Assembly (NCBI GenBank): GCA_044229145.1
Contig: JBGATO010000060.1
Location: 1 to 21,832 of the forward strand
Length of the DNA stretch: 21,832 nucleotides
Source: Candidatus Eiseniibacteriota bacterium
GTDB lineage: Bacteria > Eisenbacteria > RBG-16-71-46 > CAZEPH01
Direction of reading: 5' to 3'
Part shown: positions 8,361 through 14,909 of the stretch, piece by piece
Numbering within the stretch: the first letter of the stretch is position 1
How the letters are laid out: every line of letters begins with the position of its first letter
Translations under genes and position numbers: made by a program
The notes under the pieces: model-generated
Seen by the model: the letters and a program-made list of their open reading frames with translations, nothing else
Database searches by the model: none
What the model was told of the DNA's origin: nothing

Positions 8361-9914
8361 ATGCACGTTCAACTGCACGTCTGGCGTGAAGCGTCCCGCC
8401 ACATCGACATCACCGCGTTCGTCGACCGCGTGGTCGACCTGATCGGACGTCGCGTGCCGCTCGATCTCGTGTTGGTGCGGCGGCTCGAAGCCGAGTCGCA
8501 GCGGCTCGAGACCGTCGCGGTGGGCGCCCGCGGAGACACTCACGTGCCGGACAATCTGCGCACCGCGCTCACCGAGGACGACGTCGACGTGCTGACCACG
8601 TGGGGCCGCTGGACCTCGGTGTGGCACGAACGCACCGGCGCGTCGTCGCGGCTCACGCAGTTATTGGTGCCGGACGGAGTGAGCGGCGACGTGCTCGCCG
8701 GCCCGTTAGTGGCCGATGGTGTGCGCGGCGCGCTGGTGCTGGTCGCGCTGCATCCGCGCCGCTTCACCGAAGAACATCGCACGCTGGCGCAGGGGCTTCT
8801 CGATCCGTTCTCCGCCGCGCTCGCCAACGATTCGCGGCTGCACGAACTCGCGCGCTTGCGCGAAGCGGCCGAGGCCGAGAACCGGTCGCTGCGCTCCCGT
8901 CTCAGCCGCCACGCCGACGAAGAGGACATCATCGGCGCCTCCGGCGATCTGCGCTGGGTCATGGAACGCGTCGAACAGGTCGCGCAGACCGACACGCCGG
9001 TGCTGCTGCTCGGCGAAACCGGCTCGGGGAAGGAAGTCGTCGCGGGCGCCATCCACGCGCGATCGCGGCGCGCGCAAGGCCCGATGGTGCGGGTCAACTG
9101 CGGCGCGATTCCCTCCGAGCTCGTGGACTCCGTGCTCTTCGGCCACGAGAAGGGCAGTTTCACGAGCGCCGTCGCCTCGCACAAAGGCTGGTTCGAACGC
9201 GCCGACGGCGGCACGTTGTTCCTCGACGAAATCGGCGAACTGCCGATCGCCGCGCAGGTGCGATTGCTGCGCATCCTGCAAGACGGTACGTTCGAGCGCG
9301 TAGGCGGCCAGCGTACGCTGCACGCCGATGTCCGCGTGATCGCGGCCACACACCGCGACATGCGCGCGCTGGTGGCGGAAGGCCGCTTCCGGCAAGACCT
9401 CTGGTATCGTCTGCAGATCTTCCCGATCGAACTGCCGCCGTTGCGCGCGCGTGGCGGCGACCTGCCGGCGCTCGCCGCGCACTTCGCCGCGCAGGCGGGC
9501 CGGCGGCTGGCGGGCGTGCCGCTGCGCCTGCATCCCGAGGATGTCGCGGTGCTGCGCGGCTACGACTGGCCGGGCAACGTGCGCGAACTGGCGGCGGTGA
9601 TCGAGCGCGCGGCACTACTGGGAGGCGGCAAGGCGCTCGAACTGGAGGCGGCACTCGGCGTCGCGCGGCCGACGGCGCCGCGCGAGACGGTGGCCCGCGC
9701 GACAGACGACACGTTCGCCGAGCCGGCGGCGGCGCACGTCGGGCCGCTCGCGGAGGCCATGCGCCAGCACATCGAGCAGGCGCTCCGCCGCACGCACGGG
9801 CAGATAGAAGGCCGCCGCGGTGCCGCGGCCCTGCTCGGGATCAACCCTCACACGCTGCGCTCGCGGATGCGCAAGCTGCGCATCGACTGGAGCACGTTCC
9901 GGCACGAGGACTGA
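8361..9914 (+). CDS. Sigma54-dependent transcriptional activator (GAF-like + AAA+ + Fis-type HTH; FhlA/NifA-like)
   Basis: GETGSGKE, VNCGAIP, LFGHEKGSFTSA, GGTLFLDEIGEL, RVIAATHRD, FRQDLWYRL, WPGNVREL and the HTH GAAALLGINPHTLRSRMRKL. Confidence 0.93.
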   Translation: MHVQLHVWREASRHIDITAFVDRVVDLIGRRVPLDLVLVRRLEAESQRLETVAVGARGDTHVPDNLRTALTEDDVDVLTTWGRWTSVWHERTGASSRLTQLLVPDGVSGDVLAGPLVADGVRGALVLVALHPRRFTEEHRTLAQGLLDPFSAALANDSRLHELARLREAAEAENRSLRSRLSRHADEEDIIGASGDLRWVMERVEQVAQTDTPVLLLGETGSGKEVVAGAIHARSRRAQGPMVRVNCGAIPSELVDSVLFGHEKGSFTSAVASHKGWFERADGGTLFLDEIGELPIAAQVRLLRILQDGTFERVGGQRTLHADVRVIAATHRDMRALVAEGRFRQDLWYRLQIFPIELPPLRARGGDLPALAAHFAAQAGRRLAGVPLRLHPEDVAVLRGYDWPGNVRELAAVIERAALLGGGKALELEAALGVARPTAPRETVARATDDTFAEPAAAHVGPLAEAMRQHIEQALRRTHGQIEGRRGAAALLGINPHTLRSRMRKLRIDWSTFRHED

Positions 9915-9924
9915 GCGGCCGCGC

Positions 9925-10554
9925 TCACCCCCCGACCTTCGGCCGCTCCAACGCGAACTGATCGCGGGTGCGCGCGAACCGCGTCCCCGCCATGCGGCCG
10001 ATGGCGCCGAGCCGCGCGTCGTCCGGCGCGCCGCTCTCGGTGCACACGTCCTCGCGCACGTAGGCGCGCAGCACCTCGGCGAGCACCAGCGTCGCCGCGC
10101 TCGGCATCTCGCCGACATCGTTCATCGACGTGACGCGACATTCCATCGCCACCGGCGCTTCGCGCACCCGCGGAGGCGTCACGCATTCGCTCGGCACCGG
10201 CGTCAGCCCGGCGAGCGCCAACTCGCTGACACCGTACGGCCAATCGCCCGACGTCAGGTTCATCGCCTCGGCCAATGCTTCGTCCACCACGTGCACCACG
10301 CACTCGCCGCGCAGTTCGAGATTGCGCAGCGTGTCCTTCTTCTCGCCGCGCCGCCGGATGATCGAGAACGCGATGGTCGGCGGGCGGGACGTCACACCCA
10401 TGTAGAAGGAGAATGGCGCCAGATTCACCACGCCGTCCGCGCCCACCGTGCTGATGAACGCGATCGGCCGCGGCACGATGGTGGCGATGAGGAATGCGTA
10501 GGCCTCGCGCATCGGCAACGCCGGCACATCGACCGTGCGGAATGCGGAACTCAT
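9925..10554 (-). CDS. Flavin reductase-like FMN-binding split-barrel protein
   Basis: IVPRPIAFIST, NLAPFSF, KKDTLRN and PPRVREAPVAMEC. The start overlaps the upstream gene's stop (ATGA). Confidence 0.88.
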   Translation of the reverse strand: MSSAFRTVDVPALPMREAYAFLIATIVPRPIAFISTVGADGVVNLAPFSFYMGVTSRPPTIAFSIIRRRGEKKDTLRNLELRGECVVHVVDEALAEAMNLTSGDWPYGVSELALAGLTPVPSECVTPPRVREAPVAMECRVTSMNDVGEMPSAATLVLAEVLRAYVREDVCTESGAPDDARLGAIGRMAGTRFARTRDQFALERPKVGG

Positions 10555-10907
10555 GCGTTGCGTCCTTCCTCGAGGTCGACGTGGAAGCGGTGCAGGAAGC
10601 GGTGGTAGAGCGGCGCGAACAGCACGCCGACCACGCCGAGGAACGCCACGCCGCTGAACAGCGCGTAGCAGCCGGCGAACAGCTTGGCCGCCGTGGTCGT
10701 CATCGGGGCGACCGGGCCCATGCCGGTGAGAATCATGGCGGCGTTCAGGAACGCATCCACCCATCCCAGGTGTTGCGTCCAGTGATAGCCGAGCATGCCG
10801 ATCGCCAGTGAGCCGGCGATCAAGACGGCCGATAACCCGAGTGTCCGCAGCTGCCGCGCCCAGAAGGCGCGCGAGGACAGCAGGGCCTCGGAGCGATGTT
10901 CGAACAT
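10551..10907 (-). CDS. Small two-TM membrane protein resembling an ion-channel pore module
   Basis: RBS GAGGAG and 118 aa. Order: TM1 (LGLSAVLIAGSLAIGMLGY), WVDAFLNAAMILTGMGP, TTAAKLF, TM2. Confidence 0.7.
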   Translation of the reverse strand: MFEHRSEALLSSRAFWARQLRTLGLSAVLIAGSLAIGMLGYHWTQHLGWVDAFLNAAMILTGMGPVAPMTTTAAKLFAGCYALFSGVAFLGVVGVLFAPLYHRFLHRFHVDLEEGRNA

Positions 10908-11026
10908 GGATCTCCTCGATCCTCTCACGACGACGCGTGCGATGATGGTGGACCCGACGGCGGCCGCATGCCCCGCCGATGGGCGGCGCTGTCCTGTCGC
11001 GGCGCCGGACGGTACACTACGGCCCG

Positions 11027-11851
11027 ATGGAATTCTTCGTCACCCGGCATTTGCCGACCCTGCTGCTCGCCCTCGCCCTCGCCGGCTGGGGCGCGCTGGT
11101 GGGCGCCGAACGGACCAGCAGCTGGACACGGCGGACCCGACGCCTCGCCTACGCGGGCGCGGCGCTGGTCACCGTGGTCGGCGTGTATCTGTTCGCGGTC
11201 ATCGATCCGCGCGCCGAGTTGCTGGGGCGCGTCTATTGGCGGGGCCCGGCGGGCGACCACCAAGTTGCCCTGACCTTCGACGATGGGCCGAATCCGCCCT
11301 ACACCGACCAAGTCCTGGCGATCCTGCGCCGCAATCGCATCAAGGCGACGTTCTTCCTGATCGGCCGCAACGTCGACACGTATCCCGATGTCGCGCGGCG
11401 CATCCAGCGCGAGGGCCACGCCATCGGCACGCACACCTACGACCACCCCGACTACATGGCGCTGCGCGAGACACCGCATCAAATCGCGCAGCAGATCGCG
11501 GAGGGCGTGGCGGCCAACGAACGCGCGCTCGGCGAGCGGCCGCTGCTCTTCCGGCCGCCGCTCGGATTCCGCAATCCGTTCTACTTCCGCGCCGCGCGCA
11601 CCCAGCACCTGATCGTGGTGGAGTGGTCGTGTCGCGCGTTCGACACCAAGGACCCAGGGAGTGCGGAGATCGTGCGCCGCATCCTCGCCGGCACGCACGA
11701 CGGGGCGATCATCCTGCTGCACGACGGCATGGAGACGCACCACCACGCCGATCGCTCGCAAACGGTGGCGGCGCTGCAGCCGATCATCGATGCGTTGCGG
11801 CAGCGCGGCTATCGCTTCGTCACCGTGCCGGAGATGATGGGGCTCGAGTAA
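11027..11851 (+). CDS. Membrane-anchored polysaccharide deacetylase (NodB/CE4 family)
   Basis: Two N-terminal hydrophobic helices. CE4 motifs LTFDDGP, ATFF, HTYDH, FRPPLG, IILLHDG and GYRFVTV. Confidence 0.9.
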   Translation: MEFFVTRHLPTLLLALALAGWGALVGAERTSSWTRRTRRLAYAGAALVTVVGVYLFAVIDPRAELLGRVYWRGPAGDHQVALTFDDGPNPPYTDQVLAILRRNRIKATFFLIGRNVDTYPDVARRIQREGHAIGTHTYDHPDYMALRETPHQIAQQIAEGVAANERALGERPLLFRPPLGFRNPFYFRAARTQHLIVVEWSCRAFDTKDPGSAEIVRRILAGTHDGAIILLHDGMETHHHADRSQTVAALQPIIDALRQRGYRFVTVPEMMGLE

Positions 11852-11852
11852 C

Positions 11853-12530
11853 GTGAGCGCGCCGCCGGTGGCCTGCGTGCGTCCCGCCAGCGCGGCGGAC
11901 ATCGACGCCTGCGCCGCGCTCTACGCCGACGGATTCGCGCGCGGCTTGTTGGCGCTGTTCGGCACGATGCCGCACCCGGCGCTGCTCGAGGACGCGCTCA
12001 CCGCTTATCGCGCCGCGGAACCGGAGGGCTTCCTGGTGTGGTCGGCCCCCGGGGAGACACGTGCCGACGGCTACGTGCTGGTGACCCGCAGCTTGGCGCG
12101 CTTGGCCCTGCGCATCGCCTGCTCCGCGGCAGTGCCGCGCGCGCTGGGGCGCCTGGTGCGCGGCGACTACGGCGTCGGCCGCCCGCGGCGCCTCGCCCAC
12201 GCGCTCGCCGAAACGTGGCGCTTTGCCGGCAAGGCCGGCGACTTCCGCGAATCCGGCGATGCGCAGATCGTGTCGATCGCGGTGCGGCGTGGCCTGCGGG
12301 GCGCCGGCGCCGGGCACGCGTTGATGCGCGCCGCCCTTGCCTACCTCGAAGATCGCCACATCCGCGAAGTGCGCCTCGAAGTCCAACCCGACAACGAGCC
12401 GGCGCAGCGGCTGTATCGCCGTCTCGGCTTCGTGCTGCGCGGCGAAATCCCGAGCCCGCTCGGCAAGGCGCTGGTGATGACCTGCGCGCTCCCCGCCGCG
12501 CGCAGCGGCCACGTCACCCGCGCTAGTTGA
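11853..12530 (+). CDS. GNAT family N-acetyltransferase
   Basis: IVSIAV...RGAGAGHALM acetyl-CoA motif and LEVQPDNEPAQRLYRRLGF. It starts 1 nt after the deacetylase stop. Confidence 0.88.
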   Translation: MSAPPVACVRPASAADIDACAALYADGFARGLLALFGTMPHPALLEDALTAYRAAEPEGFLVWSAPGETRADGYVLVTRSLARLALRIACSAAVPRALGRLVRGDYGVGRPRRLAHALAETWRFAGKAGDFRESGDAQIVSIAVRRGLRGAGAGHALMRAALAYLEDRHIREVRLEVQPDNEPAQRLYRRLGFVLRGEIPSPLGKALVMTCALPAARSGHVTRAS

Positions 12531-13086
12531 GCCGGAGGTCGTCCGGCATGCGCGCCAAGAACGCCATGTACGGTCCGAGCGAGCGCAGCACGCGTCCCCA
12601 CAAGCGCTCCGGCGCGGTCGCGAAGATGAACGGCGGCTGACTCGGCGCCACGATCCACGCGTTCTCGGCGATCTCGCGCTCCAGCTGGCCCGGCGCCCAC
12701 CCGGCGCAGCCGGCGAACAACCGGATCGTCTCGCCGTCCGTGGGCGGCCCTTGCAACACGCCGAGCAGATCGTCAGTGCCCGGCACGAAGTGGATGTCGT
12801 CGCACACCGCGGTCGATTGCGCGCGCAGCGCCTCGAGCGTGTGCAAGGCGAACAGATTGTCCGGCGTCACTGGCCCGCCGTTGAACAGCGGCATGGTGGC
12901 GCGCTGCGGCGACACCACACCCGCCAACCCTTGTCCCGCCGTCACGCCAAGCGGCCGATTGAGGACAATTCCCATCGTTCCGTCGTCACCATGCATGCAG
13001 AGCAGCACCACGGTGCGCTCGAAGTTGGGATCCTTGAGCCATGGTGCCGCAACCAACAACACTCCGGGGACGATCGTGTCGGCCAT
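12523..13086 (-). CDS. yqgE: YqgE/AlgH (UPF0301) family protein
   Basis: LLVAAP, DPNFERTVVLLC, GIVLNRP, GGPV and GWAPGQLEREI...W, ending in LN. Confidence 0.92.
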   Translation of the reverse strand: MADTIVPGVLLVAAPWLKDPNFERTVVLLCMHGDDGTMGIVLNRPLGVTAGQGLAGVVSPQRATMPLFNGGPVTPDNLFALHTLEALRAQSTAVCDDIHFVPGTDDLLGVLQGPPTDGETIRLFAGCAGWAPGQLEREIAENAWIVAPSQPPFIFATAPERLWGRVLRSLGPYMAFLARMPDDLRLN

Positions 13087-13092
13087 GCGCGA

Positions 13093-13098
13093 AGTATA
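13093..13098 (-). promoter_or_regulatory. -10 box (TATACT) of a probably leaderless yqgE transcript
   Basis: On the minus strand TATACT lies 6 nt before the ATG and there is no Shine-Dalgarno sequence. Confidence 0.6.
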
Positions 13099-13104
13099 CG
13101 CGAA

Positions 13105-13126
13105 GCGCGGCCCCGCGGGGCCGCGC
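13105..13126. repeat. Perfect 22-bp GC palindrome; possible terminator of the sigma/anti-sigma transcript
   Basis: GCGCGGCCCCGCGGGGCCGCGC equals its own reverse complement. It lies 28 nt past the anti-sigma-like stop and has no good U-tract. Confidence 0.6.
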
Positions 13127-13154
13127 CGATGGTGCTCACGTGGGGCGACGGGGC

Positions 13155-13805
13155 CTATGCGTCAGTGACGGACGGCACGTGGATCACTGTCGACCCGACC
13201 GCCACGCACACCTCCGCGCCGTCGAGCGCCACGCCGTCGAATTGGAATTCGCCGAATTCGCTCAGCGGGCACACGCGCGCGTCGTCGCCGCGGCGCCAAC
13301 TCGCCAAGGCGCCGTCCGCGATGTGGTCGTCGAGACGCGGCACGAGTTGGCCGCGCACCCCGGAGGGTTCGCGCGGATCGCCTTCGAGTGCGACGGCGAT
13401 GGTGTAGGCGTCGGTGGCGTATTGCAGGAAGCGCGTGCCGCTGGCCGTGCTGCGCACTGCGGCGAGCGCGGTGCGCGGGCCCCACGAGTCCGCGGTGAGT
13501 TCGGCCCACACCTCGAGCACGCGCTGGCCGGCGGCGGCCACGCGCTCGCGCCAGGCGCCCAGCACGTCGGACGCCTCACCGGCGCCGCGCGCCGCAAGCG
13601 CGGTGCGCACCCGCCGCAGCAACGCCTCCTGCGCGGCCGGGTCGCCCCGTTCGAAGCCGCGCCACTCGGCGAACGACGCGCGCACGGCCTGCAGCGACGC
13701 CAGCATCGCCGCGCACGAGGCGCACTCTGCCACGCCTTCCGGCGATTCATTACGGTCGGCCGCGCCGACGATCGCATCCCACGAACACACGTGCTTGGAC
13801 GACAT
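13155..13805 (-). CDS. Putative soluble anti-sigma factor (N-terminal Zn-finger-like motif, C-terminal beta-rich domain)
   Basis: Coupled to the ECF gene (TGATG overlap, RBS AGGAG). H5/C7...C28xxC31 at the N-terminus and no TM segment. The C-terminus (VRGQL...LSEFGEFQFDGV) resembles carboxypeptidase-regulatory-like beta-sandwiches. The anti-sigma function is inferred. Confidence 0.6.
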   Translation of the reverse strand: MSSKHVCSWDAIVGAADRNESPEGVAECASCAAMLASLQAVRASFAEWRGFERGDPAAQEALLRRVRTALAARGAGEASDVLGAWRERVAAAGQRVLEVWAELTADSWGPRTALAAVRSTASGTRFLQYATDAYTIAVALEGDPREPSGVRGQLVPRLDDHIADGALASWRRGDDARVCPLSEFGEFQFDGVALDGAEVCVAVGSTVIHVPSVTDA

Positions 13806-14452
13806 CAGGACTCCTCACCTGCCGCAGGCGCGGTCTCGCTCGTCCGAGAGCGGGATCCGGCACGCGATCTCCTGGATATAGTCGGAGTGAGGGGCTCCCC
13901 TGATACCTCTGTGAAAGAACGCGTCAACTTCTCCAGGCAGCGGCCGCGGGTCGGACCGATGCTCCCGACCGGCATCGCCTCGCGCTCACTGAGCTGCTCG
14001 TAGGTGGCTGGCGGGTCGTCGAGATAGAGGGCACGCAGCAGGCGCTGACACCGGGCATCCAGACGCCCCAGGTGGTCGTGCAATTCCGCCGCGCGGCGGG
14101 CGCGTTCCAGCGCGTCCTCGACGGCGGGAGGCACGGCGCCGTCGGGCACCGCGTCCGCCAGCGCCTCCAAGTCCTCCACCACCAACTCACGCGGGGCGCC
14201 GCGCCGGTGGTCGATCGAGACCCTGCGCGAGATGCCGTACACCCAGGACGCCAACTTCTCGACGTCGCGGAGCGTGGCGACGTGCTGCACCGCGATGATG
14301 CACACCTTCTGGACCACGTCCTCGCAGTCCTCGCCGCGCAAGCCGGTGCGGCTGGCGACCGTGCGGATCAGCGGGGCGAATTCCCGCGTGAAGCGCATCC
14401 AGGCGTCATCGTCACCGGCAATCAGGTCGGCGACCCAGCGAGCGCGGTCCAT
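13805..14452 (-). CDS. ECF (group 4 sigma70) RNA polymerase sigma factor
   Basis: GDDDAW, region 2 (DCEDVVQKV...LASWVYGISRR) and region 4 (LDARCQRLLRALY...YEQLSEREAMPVGSIGPTRGRCLEKL). 215 aa. Confidence 0.92.
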   Translation of the reverse strand: MDRARWVADLIAGDDDAWMRFTREFAPLIRTVASRTGLRGEDCEDVVQKVCIIAVQHVATLRDVEKLASWVYGISRRVSIDHRRGAPRELVVEDLEALADAVPDGAVPPAVEDALERARRAAELHDHLGRLDARCQRLLRALYLDDPPATYEQLSEREAMPVGSIGPTRGRCLEKLTRSFTEVSGEPLTPTISRRSRAGSRSRTSETAPAAGEES

Positions 14453-14588
14453 GGCTCCTTCAGGACAGGGAGATGCGAGGCCTGCAGGCCGGAGGAGGCG
14501 GGGGCGTAGCGTATCCGATTAATCGATGGCGACTTGCGTAGGGCGACGAAGATCGGACTCGAGACCTCCGCGCGGCGCGCGGCCCCGC

Positions 14589-14594
14589 AGTATA
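14589..14594 (-). promoter_or_regulatory. Candidate -10 box (TATACT) upstream of the ECF gene
   Basis: Minus-strand GGGTATACT lies about 137 nt upstream of the ECF start and matches other TANNNT boxes in the window. Confidence 0.4.
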
Positions 14595-14909
14595 CCCGCC
14601 GCGCGGCGCCGCGCCAGCGAATCGCGCGCCGTCGTCGATTTTTCCCATCGCGCGGTATTTTCGCCGCGGCGGGCTCCGACTACAGGGACGAGATCGGTTG
14701 AAGTCTGGCGGATCGCTTCGGTGGTCCGTTACTGGCGTGGACCTCCGGTCTCAAGGGTGATGGCCGTGACACGAAACCAGCGGATGGGGAGCCCGGGTTC
14801 GTGTCCGGCCCGCCCGCATTTTGGGCGCCCATTCCGGCGCACTCCCGCCTGAACACGTGCCACGCACAGTCTGGAAAACTCCGGCCAAACCGCGTATCCT
14901 TTAATCACT

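Noticed and set aside
2932..8627. Long minus-strand and alternate-frame ORFs over the sulfate operon (483, 347, 603, 617, 530 aa)
   Set aside because: They overlap well-supported genes and are Arg/Ala-rich with no recognisable domains.
13105..14588. Shared 12-mer GCGCGGCCCCGC at 13105 and 14577 flanking the sigma/anti-sigma pair, as possible insertion-site repeats
   Set aside because: An all-GC 12-mer can recur by chance at this composition, and no integrase or transposase is present.
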